From the NCBI RefSeq assembly GCF_009834535.1, contig NC_045697.1:33854001-33918000 (forward strand): a stretch of 64,000 bases of DNA, written 5' to 3'. Position 1 is the stretch's first letter, and each line of letters starts with the position of its first letter. The position numbers and the translations under genes are program-made. This document shows, in pieces, positions 26,621-39,529 of this stretch. The notes beneath the pieces were generated by a model. That model did not search any database and was not told the origin of the DNA. It was given only the letters and a program-made list of their open reading frames with translations. This stretch comes from Camelus ferus (Eukaryota).

Positions 26621-28234
26621 TGATTTTCTTTTAAATTTGGCAGATTAGCCAAATAATATTTTCTAAATTTTTTTCATTTATTTTAGCTTGTCACACTGTT
26701 GAATGCTTTAAGTACCTTTAGTTTTGTTTTCCTTTTTTTTGCCAGGGGCAGGGGAGAGGGTGGGTAAGACTTCATATAAATAAATAAGATTTTGACAAAA
26801 ATTAGTTGGAAAAATAGGTTAAAACATCAAAAATACAATTTCTTTTTAAAGAGATGTTCAAACTACATTATCTTTAAGTCTTGACTAATACACTTGATTT
26901 TCATTTTTGGCATTAAATTCTAAGGAAACTCCCAGTTAAAAAATCTGCTGAAAATTATTTTCATATAATGCTTTTTTATATGTTGAAAAAACCCCATAAT
27001 TTTTATAATGTATAAGTAATGAATTGGAAAAGACTTTTTCTGACACATGAAGATTTTTTTAAATCAAAAGTACTGTGTTAATAAGATGTCATAATACAAA
27101 GTTACAACAAATGAACAATTCTCTGATTATTTGAAATAGGAGTATCATTTCTCATCTCCCTATAAATTGATCCAGTTTCACATTAATGCTGAAACAAGCC
27201 ACATGGTACTATGCTTTTATTTGAATTGTACTTTCTTGTTTCCTATTTTGTTCACCTGATTTTCTTCTTACTGTGAATGACCATGATGTTTGGAATGTGT
27301 CATTTTGCCAAGGACAACTTTAAAATATTTTTTATATTCAACCAATATGAGCCATTCATAGCACTGGTGGTTTGTCTTGCTAATTTGAGGAAAAGCAAGT
27401 TTTAACCTTTGAAAATATTTTTGCGAATAGCCTGTGATTTTTAACTGTTAGTTTTCTTTGAGCATTTTATAACAAAATTAATTGCCATGGTTGGTATATT
27501 CTACAGCTGATTACTTAAGGCAGTATTTATGGGCTCCACAAAGACAGAGGTTTGTTTTGTTTTCCTAAGAATTATTTTTCTGATCTGCTGGTTGAAGTAT
27601 TTGGAAGTTCATTTCCGGCCCAAGACATTCATCTCAATTATTTGAATTGGCTCCCTGCAGATAGCTCTTAATACGGAGTATCATTCACTTACAAAGTAGT
27701 TGCCACAGACATCTGCCGGTGCTCAACCTGGCAGCGAAGATGTATAAAAACCATTTCAAATCATGTCTGTGGACACGCAGAGAGTATCACTATCGCATAA
27801 TGTTTAGTGCTCTGATCTGTCTTCATTCCCTCTCTCTACTTATCTGTTCTCCTAAGTCAGCAGAATTGTCACGGCTAGATATTTTGGAACGTGTGCTAGT
27901 AAAGTAGTTCGGTTGTTAAAGTAGGTGGGAGACTAAAAGGTATACATTTACTAATTCTTCCTTGGGGTTTCTGATTAGATATCACGGCTCATTGGTCCTG
28001 TTTTTCTTACAGTTGTGATGGTGATGCTTTGGAGATTTTTCTTTGGGTATGCAGAATCAAATGAAAGCTGTTAGAAAGCTCAGAAACTACCACTTTCGTG
28101 TATAATGGGGGGAGACACTGAATTTTTTTATATTTTTATGTTATGAAAGAAGCTGGTCCTTTGAATTGTTTAGAAAAATGGTTGAGTTGTTTTTAAAGTC
28201 CATGGGCATCAAAGCATGCACATCAAAGATGGGG

Positions 28235-28480
28235 TTCAGCCTTCCAGAAGTACTTAGAGTCCCCATTTGACATGTCCCTTCCGGGCTCCAGGTCTTTGCA
28301 TGAGTTTCTGCTCTTGACGTCTTCTTCCGCCTTTCTGACTGCCGGCGGGGGTGCAGTTTTCCACCGGATGAGCCAACTGTCAAGATTCAGTTCAGATACA
28401 TTCTCCTCTGTGAAACCCTTCCAAACATCAACATCTTTTTTTATCATCCACACATTTCAACTCTCAAACTCCACCCAGTG
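28235..28480 (+). mobile_element. L2 fragment
   Basis: Minus strand ggaagggtttcacagaggagaatgtatctgaactgaatcttga...aactcatgcaaagacctggag is the reverse-L2 pattern. Confidence 0.6.
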
Positions 28481-28914
28481 GTCTATTTAGCATCATCTTG
28501 GAGCTCAGGAAATGACCATAGTTTTGCGATATCTCTGGTTCTACCACGTGATCGCACCAACACTCAGTAGCCAGAGGGCTCCTTTTTGGTGTTAGCCTCC
28601 AGGAAACATCCCTGTTAAAGAACCCGACTGTAAAATCTTCTTATAGAATAAGGAAGGTTAGGTTATGCAATACTCTAGGATTATGAATATCTTTTCATTT
28701 ATTAAGTTTTGATTGTGAAATACATTGGGAGAAAATTAGACCGTTTACGTTCCAGAGTCACCATTTGTATAAGGGTAAAATATGTGTCGGATTAGGAACA
28801 TTTTAGATAGAGAAACATCAGGAAGTTTCTAGCACACAGGAGATAATCAGTGAATGTTCACTGTTATAAAGTCATCTACCATATAGCCTTTCTAAGTATT
28901 TATTTCCCTTTTTT

Positions 28915-29015
28915 ATGAAATTCATGAAAGTGGTCTACTGCTTATTCACCTATGTAGTCCCTGCACCTAGAACAGAACCAGGAACCTAGGTGATGTTTAA
29001 TAAATATCTATTAAA
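28915..29015 (+). mobile_element. L2 3' end
   Basis: cttattcacctatgtagtccctgcacctagaacagaaccagg...ttaataaatat. Confidence 0.65.
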
Positions 29016-29635
29016 GTCAAATATATAAGATATAAAATATAGAACATAAGTAGTTAACTATTTTATTACTGATTATCAGCTGAGTTCAAAACAGATGTTT
29101 TAAATTTAGTCTAGATGTTAAAACTTATGTTAAAAAGGATGAAGATGAGTTCCTAGTAAAAAAAAAAAAGCATAAAGTTGAAATGCAATTAGTATAAATG
29201 ACATTTAGCCCTTCAGAATATTAGTTTACTCTCACATTGCCTACTAATGTCAGTGACTATAAAGAAACTCATCATTCATAGGACTCAATGAACACTTTGT
29301 TGACTAGAAGGATTCAGCCTAAGGTCATAAAAAGCTGGATTTCTTACAGTTATGTAAGCAACTTTTCTCCTTTTTATGACAAATTATTTGATTTTTAAAA
29401 AATTGTTTTTACTGTTTTTCAGAATGAATTAAAACCCTATCAAAAGTTCTGTTGGTCTGCTAGTCACTTTATCGTTCTCTCAGATGTAATAGAAAATACT
29501 TCATTCGGAATATAAGCAATATTCAGAATTCCATAAATGACTCTTGGTTATGTATAGGAGACCTCAGATTAAATACTCTCTTAACCCTTTTTAAAAATAA
29601 ATACAATGTGATTGTTGAAGTAGTAGCCTCAGTAA

Positions 29636-29730
29636 TGTGTATATGTACACACACCCACACACTCACACACACACATTCACACAATCACACACCCTAATGT
29701 GTACATGCAGACATACACACATATATATCT
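29636..29730. repeat. Imperfect (CA)n/(TA)n low-complexity tract
   Basis: Interrupted CA runs seen directly. Confidence 0.85.
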
Positions 29731-30024
29731 CTAAGAACTTCGAGAAATAAGGATCAGAAACTTGTGCCAACAAGCTAACTAGCTAAACAGAAGTATGCCA
29801 GCTTGATGATGTATTTCTAAGCCAAACACCTGTGTCATATATTAGCAACCTCAACTTGCAATTTGGGCGAGTGTCATATACACCAAAAGATAAGAAAGGA
29901 AAGGGTTAATTAAAATTGATATGGAATTGATTGGAGCTAAAATGAATAAATAAGTGTCTGATAAAAAGTAAGCTTTCATTTTTTAGTAACACTTGCAAGC
30001 TGTACATGCATATGAAAACATGCT

Positions 30025-31400
30025 CTATCAGATTTTAAAACATTACTGTTTTAAGACAGAGTGATATTGATATGGGAAGAGGCAAACAAAGGAACAAAAA
30101 CATACATATATATAAACATATCTATCTTACATGCATGGAAATTTGGTATATAAAAAAGGTATCTTTGTAAATCACAGGAGGAAAAAATTGACTACTCAGT
30201 AAAAGACTCTAGAAAATTGATTATAAATATAAGACAATATAAAATTCTATTCTTATTCATTTGATACCCTAAATAAATCTCATACATAAAACCAAAAGTA
30301 AAACATTCAAATTTTGAAGAAAATAGAGGCAAATGTATATGACTTCAGGAAGAGAAAATAGCTTTTTAAACAAAATACAAAAAGAACATGAAATAAAATT
30401 GTTAAATTTGACCACATCAAAGTTAAACCTTTAACTTCAACCTAAGACACCAGAAATATAGTTAGAGCAAAATTCAAGCTGAGGGAAAATTTTCAAAGTG
30501 TGTACAAGCACTTAACATTGCTATCTATAATATAGAAAACTACTCAGTAGAAAATTAGGTAACAGACTTAAAAAGATAATTGGCAGAAAAGAAAACCCAT
30601 GTGTCCAATAAGCACCTGAAAAGAGGTTCAATGTAACTAGTAACCAAGAACATGCAAAATAAAACAATATCATCACTAAATATCCATCATGTAGTACAAA
30701 TTACAGAGTCAATCGATATTGATGAGAAACTGTAGAAACAAGAGTGCTCATGCCTGCAGGAAAGAGTGTTCAGTGGTACAAGCCTCATACTGACAACATC
30801 TAGTATGGTCGAAGATGCATGTAACATTGGACTCAGGGGATCCCACTTCCAACTATGTATCCAAGAGAACTTGAACTCATAAGCCCAAGGAAATATGCTC
30901 TATAGAACATTCATTGCAGCGTTGTTTGCTTCAGAAAATCTTGGAAACAACTTTAATGTTCATTATAGAAGAATGGATAAGCAAACTGGCATACTCATAA
31001 TGAAATATATGAAGTCAGAATGAATGTCCTAGAGCTACCATATATCAACAAATGTAAATCTTAGAAATTTAATTTGGAGCAAAAAATATGTTGCAGAATG
31101 ATATGTAATATATGACATAGCTTATATGTTTGAAAAGTTGTGAAAGAAATATATATATACTTTAGAGTACATAAAGTAATCATAAAAAGCATACATGTAA
31201 CAGAAAAATATCAAAATCAGCTTGTAGTTATTTTGGCAATGAAATGTAGGAATGGATTCTGGGAGCATGCAAGAGTCTTCAACTCAATTGGTAATTATTT
31301 ACTCTGAATATTCAAAATTGAAAAAAAAATCAAAGTTAAGAAAAACTAGGTGAGTTCTCAGAGTGTATTATTCACTCTAATTTTCTGTAACTTGAAAAAT
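30025..31400 (+). mobile_element. Old L1 (L1ME-like) ORF2 3' part and 3' UTR
   Basis: ccaataagcacctgaaaagaggttcaatgtaactagtaaccaagaacatgcaaaataaaacaat; gaacattcattgcagcgttgtttg...ggaaacaac...gaagaatggataagc. Confidence 0.85.
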
Positions 31401-31410
31401 AGTTCATAAT

Positions 31411-31473
31411 ATATAATATTGTACATTAACTGTACTTCAACTAAAAAATTAAAAATAAAATTTAAAACATGAT
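31411..31473 (+). mobile_element. Ultra-short L1 3' terminus plus A-tail with 16-bp TSD
   Basis: aatattgtacattaactgtacttcaa followed by an A-rich tail; TSD aaaaatagttcataat (31395-31410) / aaaaataattcataat (31474-31489). Confidence 0.8.
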
Positions 31474-31570
31474 AAAAATAATTCATAATTTAAAATGCAT
31501 CTTCTTTACAAAAAGGTCTTATTGCATTCCCTTTAAATATTAATGTTGCCTAGATGGTTTAAAATAGACC

Positions 31571-31645
31571 TTGATGTGGTCAAATTTAACAGATTTTTAT
31601 TTTATGTTCTTTTTATATTTTGTTTAAAAACCTATTTTCTCTTCC
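31571..31645 (-). repeat. Inverted copy of 30348-30420
   Basis: Manual alignment: 3 substitutions and 2 inserted bases over 75 columns. Confidence 0.92.
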
Positions 31646-32459
31646 CAAAATTATACAGTGTATAACATACAAAGACACATAAATACCATCAAACTAATAT
31701 GTACTTAGATATTTGTCTACAAAAATATATCTTGCATGTAGAAATGGATTTCATTTCAAAGGATCTAAGTGCAAACCAATTTTCATTAAGTGTAGTCATA
31801 TTTAAATCATTTCATGTAAGTGAAAGAAAACATTTGCTTGGAATTTGGGGGTGGTTTCCTTATAGTAGAGGCTTATCAAATAAATATACTAAATAAACAC
31901 TAAATATGTATAATCAATATCCTTTGATTTGAATTCATCTCAATACATTTAATTTCTTAAATATTTAATTTTTAACAGTTAATTAATATAAATTTGTTAG
32001 GCATGATCTTCTTGTGAATTGAAACAAAACTAGGCACTTGTGTTCTCTAGTTTTGTAATCCATTTCCATGAAGTCTGTATCTTTAATTCCATTCCTGACT
32101 ACTATCTGGGCCCTGAGACTCCACAGCAGCCTAGAGCAGAGCTTCTGGGGCAGCCCTGTCAGCATTTAATATGTGCTCATCCTTTCACCCTCATACCGCC
32201 CAGAGCTGGACCTCCAAAATCACATCACTGGATTTATGCTTGAACATTTGGAATTCTCAGTGCTTAAGGAAACACTTTTCTGCAGAGAGCTTTAAAATTT
32301 TAGTTGACAATGTTGAATCTCAATTGGCTGGATTCATCCTGGGTGAAATAACTTTGGGACTGCTTGGTTCTTCATTTTTTTTTTTTTTTTTTTACAGTAA
32401 AAGCCTTCTCTCCTTTTGCATTTGTCACACGAGTAAAAAGTACAAGATACAAGAGTAAA

Positions 32460-32967
32460 AAGAGAATTCTGAGATATCATGGATATAATCATTTCAGAAG
32501 GCAGCTACCACCCCCATGGCTGGCAAAATAAGGGAAGAGATTGGAATTATTAAAACTCAAGACACTTGCGGCCGGGGGTGGGGAGGGGCATGGAGTAAAA
32601 ACTCAGGCCTCTGAGCCGTGGGCCAGGCTCAACAGGCGCTGGTGTCTCAGGGGCAGCATGACGGAGCTGGTTCCGCAAGTGTTGGGAAAAAATGTGACAG
32701 CTGCTGTCACAGGACAAAACTGTGACTGCTGGCAAAACTGTCACTTGCTGGGATGACAGGAACCTTAGCGGACAGAAAGCTCACAGGAAACCCATAGGAA
32801 AGAGCACATTCCTCCTCTCCCAGCCTTGCAGCCGCCCTCTAGCTCCCTCTAATGGCAGAGCCTAAGATGAATGAGCTGGCTGCACTGAAAGGCGCTTAAC
32901 GGAGACATTGTCAGAGCACAGAAAGTTGGGGTTGGAGGTGAGAAATAATAACTAGATAGCTGTCATA
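32460..32967 (-). mobile_element. ERVL-class LTR (LTR41/LTR33-like)
   Basis: ccagccttgcagccgccctctagctccctctaatggcagagcctaa...ggggttggaggtgagaaataata...tgtcata; left boundary uncertain. Confidence 0.65.
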
Positions 32968-33369
32968 TGGTCTATATCGGCATACAAAAGAAGGAGGTTG
33001 TCATTCTACAACAGTCTGAGAACTGATAGATGGATAACCCAGAATTCTTCTGACTTCTTCAAATCCTTTAGCCTTTGGACACCATGAACATCCCTTGGGA
33101 CTGTTCATTCCATAAATCCAGTATTTTTTAATTCAGTTTTTAAAAATGAAATTATTTACAATAAATTTACAAGAGACGTTATTCTGGGCTAAAGAGGAAA
33201 TAAGCTCAGTTCCTTTATTCAATGAATTTAAAACCTAAAAAGCAAGATAAAAATATATAGGTATAAATCAATAGGAGAATAAAATCTCTACAACCTAACC
33301 ATACAACCTGTGGTCATAAGGGCTTCAGAGAGGTCGTTCGGTTCTTTAAACTAATTGGCAGAAGAGATC

Positions 33370-33830
33370 AAAATCCTGAGGGATCGTCTGTGAAAGATTT
33401 TACTGAAGAGACCTCTTGGTCTTGGAGAATGGGTAGGATTCAAAAATTGGCTGTTGGCCTTAGAAGAGCTTCACAGGCAGAGAGAATGGCATGTTCAATC
33501 TAGACTAACAGGAAAGCAAAATATACATTTTAAAAGGGCAAAAATCATTGGATTCACATTGACTATAATATTGAGGTAAGAGAATATTGAGAGAGAAGTC
33601 TGGAGAGGAAATTAAGAATCAGACTGTGGAGATTTTTAATGCTATGCTAGGAAACTTGTTATTTATTTAGTGAATAAGCTGCCGGAAATTTTTGAGCAAT
33701 TGGTAAAAAGCTTCCCAAGATTAAGCTAATGGCTGCACACAGGTTGAGTCAGAGGACAAGGAACATGCTGACAAATATTGCAGAAAGATCAGGAATGAAG
33801 CTGAACCAGCAGAAAGGAGGGAATAAGGGA
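33370..33830 (-). mobile_element. L2 fragment
   Basis: tgaaagattttactgaagag...ggtcttggagaatgggtaggatt...aatgctatgctaggaaactt. Confidence 0.6.
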
Positions 33831-34265
33831 CCTGAGCAAAATGTGTATTTCTTTTCATCTATTTTTTTCTACAGTGAACCTCCATTTCTGCATAAGCTGG
33901 ATGAGGTGCTAAAAACATTCTCTCTGTAGGTGGTTAGCCTCTGCTTTCATGTTCATGATGCAGCTGTCCCTTTCCATGTTATTTCTGAGAATTACAGAAA
34001 TAGGCCAAAATCACATACAATTTGAATAGGAAAAAACAAACAAAGGAATGCCTTCTCATATTGAGTCTCATTTCCAAATTATAGCATTTTACATGGATTA
34101 AATATTTATAATATGGATTATGAGAATAGTAGATTAAAGAACTTTATTTAGGTCAAGCATGTGGAGATGATATCAATATACTCATATTGGTCGTTTTTTA
34201 TAAAGGACTAGAATTGGACTAAAGAAAAGGGCTAAAAAAGACTACAACACATACTAACATATATG

Positions 34266-34305
34266 ATATATATATATAGTGTGTGTGTGTGTGTATATAT
34301 ATATA
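34266..34305. repeat. Compound (AT)n(GT)n(AT)n microsatellite
   Basis: Seen directly. Confidence 0.95.
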
Positions 34306-34634
34306 CTATACATACATGAAATCATTTAGTATTAGAACATTTGGATATACAAATTAAGCTGAATCTGACTAGTTTCTATGGCCAACAGTGCCCACAGAAT
34401 AAACAGAAAAATGTTTACAGAAAGTTATTTCTTCTTTTCTTCACTGATACCACAGTTTCTAAGACTTTACCTTTTTCTTCCTGAATTAGTTCATTAGCCA
34501 TGAAGGTAATTTGCTCTGTGGTCTCTTTCTCCTACTGTCTTTCATGCATGTTTTCTCACAATCCCTTTGCTCGTATGCTGTTCTGTGCATAAATGACCTC
34601 GTCCCGGCTAAACTCTGTATTTCCCTTTCAACGT

Positions 34635-34760
34635 TTTCTTTGCCTCTTACAAACTGGTCGATCTTGGGCAAGTATATAAAGCTTTCCATGTCTCTAGTCA
34701 TTTCATCTGTAAAATGAGGTTTAAAAAATATTGCCTCCCACTGTGACCAATTAAAGATGC
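34635..34760 (+). mobile_element. MIR core
   Basis: tcttgggcaagt...ttcatctgtaaaatgagg. Confidence 0.7.
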
Positions 34761-34764
34761 ATAT

Positions 34765-35600
34765 TATCCTGTAGAGTATCTTTTGGGCAACTGCTAAAAA
34801 AACTTAAATGAAGATGAATAGATAGTAACCCCATAATGGACATAAAATAGAATGCTAAAAATTTAGTTAATCGAAAAGAAGGCAGGCAAAGGAGAAAAAA
34901 AAAAAAAAGAAGAGAAGAACAAATAGAAAACAAACAGCAATGAGAAAGATTTTAACTTAACCATATCATTATTTATATTAAATATAAACCATATATAAAC
35001 AGCAGTGAAAAGGCAGACAGTGTCAGAAAGATGTCTATGAGAAATACATTTTAGGTGAAAATATGCAGATAGGTTAAAGGGGAGTAATGGAAAAAGATGC
35101 AACCTTTGAACTCTAATAATACGAAATCCACAGTAGTTACATTTTAGACTAAATGAAAATGAAAATTCCACAAATCAAAATTGTGGCATGTAGCTAAAGC
35201 AGTGCTGAGAGAGAAACTTACTTAAAGCTTTAAATCCTTGTTTTAGAAGAAGAAAAAGAAGAAAGATCCCGAAACAGTGATCTAGGCTTCCATCTTAAGC
35301 AAGGAAGAGAAGAGAAAATTAAACCAAGTGAACCCCAAGGAAGGAAATAATAAAGAGAAAAGAGAAGATCCATGAAATAAAAAAAACCTGTACCGAGACT
35401 AATCTATCTAAACTAATCAAAGTAAAAGATAAGACACCCATGATCGGTATCATTCCTAAAAGAAGAGCTATTACTTCATCTCAAAAACCTGCTGAGCAGA
35501 AGAAACTAGCTGCAAAACCTGGGTATGATACAATTCCATTTGTGTGAAATTCTGGATTAGGCAAGTCTAGTTCAGCATATAGAAAGCACATCATGGAGCC
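34765..35600 (+). mobile_element. Old L1 (L1M) with internal deletions: ORF2 start, internal piece and 3' UTR piece
   Basis: gtgaaaaggcagacagtgtcaga; actaaatgaaaatgaaaattccacaaatcaaaattgtggcatgtagctaaagcagtgctgagag; attccatttgtgtgaaattct. Confidence 0.8.
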
Positions 35601-36749
35601 GATTTCATGAACAATTTTCTTGTTTTATCATATTTCACTGTTTTCCTCCTGGAATGTTCCGATGTAACTGGTGATGGAGAAAAAACCTCTAATTCCCAGG
35701 AAGGGGAAGCAATGCCAAGGATTTGTTCGTATCAGTATGTGGGACTCTTGGCTTTTCTTTCTCTCTTGATCTTGCTGGCCTCTGCCTCCTCTTCTGCTCC
35801 TTTCAGTCTGTATCACCTCAGTGTGGCTTTGATTCTATTGCCTTGATTAGGTAAATTGCTTAAGTACAATACTGTATATTGGGCAATAGTAATGGCCTAC
35901 TGGCAAACTATTTATTGTAGTAAAAACTAAACATATTAGTGAAAAAAAAGCATTAGTGATACAAACATACTTAATTAACCAAGACTTTGAATGCTCCACA
36001 AAAATACCTCAGTAAAATTTTCCTAGCATTTGGGAAAAGAGATTGGGGCAACCCTTCTTAGACCAGCCATAGAATTAATGATTTCCTGATGCTGGTCATG
36101 GATTTCCCCAGGCATAGAATATGTTTTAATGGGTAACTAAACTATCATAGCTATTTCTCTCATCTCTTATAAATATTTATTCAGTGTTGTGATGGCTTTT
36201 ATAGCAAAAAAAAAAAAAAACCTGGTTTCTCATATTTATAAGAGGAAAGTCATACTCATATGAATTAAATCTGCCTCACTCCAATAGAGGGTGACTCTTG
36301 GGGTTCTGCAGTAAATTTCAACTCTTAGCACACTCATCCCTTGCTGCAAAGTAGCCACAGTGTAGCAACAGCCCTCGTGTGGGACAATTAAAGATGGACT
36401 ATCTCTAGGTGAGCTAATATGTTTCATAAACTTTGAGCCCTAAGCAGGGCTATTCATAGTGATTGGATTTTCCATGAGGGTATTTTTGGCAAAAGGCAGA
36501 TCACAGGTACACAATGTCAAAATCACTCCATAGGCAGTGAACTTCCAACATCATTTGTTTCCAAATATATCATTCCTTCCCACCTATCTCCCCACCTCTC
36601 TGTCTCCTCTCCCACCCAAAGGTACAGAAATTAAATATCCTCTTCAGTCCACAGCAGGTCCACACCAGAGTCTGCTGTCTACAGCAATGACCATAAAAGA
36701 AGCGTTGTGGACAATCACTAGCAAAGCAGACTCAAACATGAAGTAAATG

Positions 36750-37160
36750 CATTGCATTTATTTAACTGGCAAATACTTTCCCACTGCCTGTGATGGGCCA
36801 AATGCTGTCGGAATGTTATATAAAATGGTGATATGACAGACACTGTGCCTGCCTTCAAGGGACTTATTGTTGAATGAGAGAAACTAGAATTAGCAATTAT
36901 AAATAGTTAATTAAGCACCACGATTTATCAGGTGCAATGGGAGTCACCATGCATGTAGCTATCTTGGATTCTGCGAGTCAATTTAAGGCTTCCTAGAGAA
37001 AGAAATATTTAACGAAGGTCCGATTGTGATTAGAAGGAAAAGATTTCCCTGGAAAAGAATATACTAAGTGTTCAGAGACTCCAGGCAAGAAGAGATAATC
37101 AACCTTCCAGGAGTAGAAAAGAAGTCAGCATAGAAGAAAAAAAATTTAAAGCAGGAAGAT
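36750..37160 (-). mobile_element. L2 3' fragment
   Basis: gacagacactgtgcctgccttcaagggacttat...aaggcttcctagagaaaga. Confidence 0.65.
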
Positions 37161-37259
37161 AAATATAGAAAAACGGACAGATGGATATAGATAGTCTAGC
37201 TTTACTTTTCAAGTATATAAATCAATGTCTCACTTTCAAGCATCCAATTTTTGAAAAGT

Positions 37260-38020
37260 ATATTGAAAAGCCTGCTAAAAATTCCACACCTCTTGCCTGG
37301 ATGATTGTTTCCTGCATAATCTCCTAACTGATCTCCACACCTCCTGCTCCCCCCACAGTCTCTCCCTGACACCAAGCCAAGGGTGGCCCAGTTTATATTT
37401 CTTTCCAAAATGCAAATTTGATCACAACACTTCACTGCTTAACAGACGCCATGTCCTCAAGATCAAGACCACAAACCGTCACCCGTCCTGGGTGGCTGAC
37501 CCCTGCTTGGGATCCCGGCAGCCTCAGGTCACTTTGTGCTCCTTTTTTCCCATGATGTCTGCTTCTCACTACCATGGCTTTTCTTTCAGTTCCTGGAAAT
37601 TATAATGTCCCCTACTGCCACATGACCTTTGCACAACTTGTCCTCTCAGCCCAAAGCCTCCTTCTGCCTTATTTTTACTTTCTCTATTCTAGCTCCTCTC
37701 AATTATGCCTTCTTTGTGGAATCCCCCTGACCACTCACCCACATCCCAACCCAGGAACGGTCAAATACTTGCTTTTACAGTGGCATACAACTTCTCTTTC
37801 TGATACTATTACCATTTAATTTACGTATTTAGCTGTATAGTTATTAGTGCTTGTCTCCTGAAGTAGGTCACAAGGATAATGAAGGCAGGGACCCTATATG
37901 CTCTAAAAGCCAAAAGGACAGGGATTGTTTTGTGTTTTACTTATTACTGTGTCCCCAGCTCTCAGCACTGTGCTTGGTACGTAGTTGGGGCTCAATAAAT
38001 ATTTCTTGTTTGAAAGAATT
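37260..38020 (+). mobile_element. L2 3' fragment
   Basis: aaaatgcaaatttgatca...cagcactgtgcttggtacgtagttggggctcaataaatatttcttgtttgaa. Confidence 0.8.
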
Positions 38021-39529
38021 AGTGTCATATTCAAGAAAGCTAGTTTCAAGTTTTTAATATCCTTTAGGAGAAATTACAGGAAGATTGTCCTGTGGTCAGA
38101 CTAAAAAGTGGCTTGAAACCAAAGCTAAAGGTCTGTCTCTGCTTTTGCAAAACCATCTCAACGGCCATGGTTTTAAAGCCTCTTTGTGCTCACAGTCACA
38201 CACTTGGCCTTGGAAGAAAACTGAAAGGACCATTTTCTGATTGCTTAAGTCCAATGTTCCTTCTGGAGAGTCTTATTATTTCTGAGTGCAATCTGTTTCA
38301 CATAATATATCCATTGCTTTAGATTTCATCATTAAGTGTTTCTGCAGTGCTGGGGCAGGGGAGGATTAGGCAAATTAGCCAGAGTTTGGATGCAGGAAAT
38401 ATTTCTTATTTTCAAATGAACCATGCAATGCTATGATACAATGAAAGAACTAATATCTGGGGTTGGATGGCCCAATTTATATTTCTGTCATGCTACCAAA
38501 TCTCCAGAAACCTGTACAAACTACTAAACTTTTAGATAAAGTTGACTATTGGAAGGGATTTAAGGACACTGGGCGTCTTCTAGCTGACAAGTACAATACC
38601 TGAAAACCACTACTGATTTCTCTGGCAGAGCAAAACAAATTTTTATAGCTCATAGAACCAGAATGCCATATTTAGATATAATGTTTTTTTCTTTTCCTTT
38701 TTTAAAAAAATTTACAATTTAATTTGACAAACAGCTTCTGGTCTACTGCTTCTGAAAGAGAAGTTTAATGAGTTTTCATATATTTAGAACTTTGGTTGAT
38801 TTTATTTGCTTTGATTTACTAAATCATATATTTATTGGATCTTTAACTATGATATTGAAGAAGAGTAAAAATCAGTTCATGAAATAATGCTGATCTCATT
38901 GGGAAAGTATTTAGGTTTAACTTCTCTCTCTCTCTTTTTTTTTTTTTTTACAGTTTTGCTTTGTTCCCTTTTTGACAATGTGAATAGAATCACTGTTTAT
39001 ACATTATATGCTAACTTTCTCTCTTGATATTTCCCTGTTGATGTGAAAGATAACATAATAACACAGATCCTCACTTTAGCATTACTATTAAAATCCTCCT
39101 ATGCCCTTAGGCTGTCTTAGAACCTCCATGAAATTGTTGCCTCTTTTTGGTTTGTACCGAAATTGCTTTAAAAAAAGGATAAGAGACCATTTTGAGAAGA
39201 GAGGTTTTTTGGTTTTTAATTTAGTTCAAAATGGCAATCTGAGCTCACTCTATTCCTAAAGAGGCCATTAAAAGGTTTTTACAAGCTAAAATTTCATGGT
39301 AATGAACAAAGAATGGAGCCATTAATGAACTGAAAATCTCAACAAAGTTCTGGAATGAAAGGAAGTTTGTAAGTCAGGGTAGCCTGAAGAAGCTGGATGG
39401 AAATGGCCACCATCTAGGACATGTTCTGAGCCCCCGGACGCTGAGCAGGAAGTCAGCATGCCTGCAGAGCCCTGGGGAGACTCCAAGGCAAGAGCGAGAA
39501 GTGTTGATAGTTCCTTCAGGAAAAATTCC

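Noticed and set aside
26745..26764. Single four-run G4 motif
   Set aside because: Isolated motif at background mammalian frequency with no supporting context
28141..28490. Overlapping protein-looking ORFs, first suspected to be a processed pseudogene
   Set aside because: The nucleotide sequence follows the L2 3' region pattern
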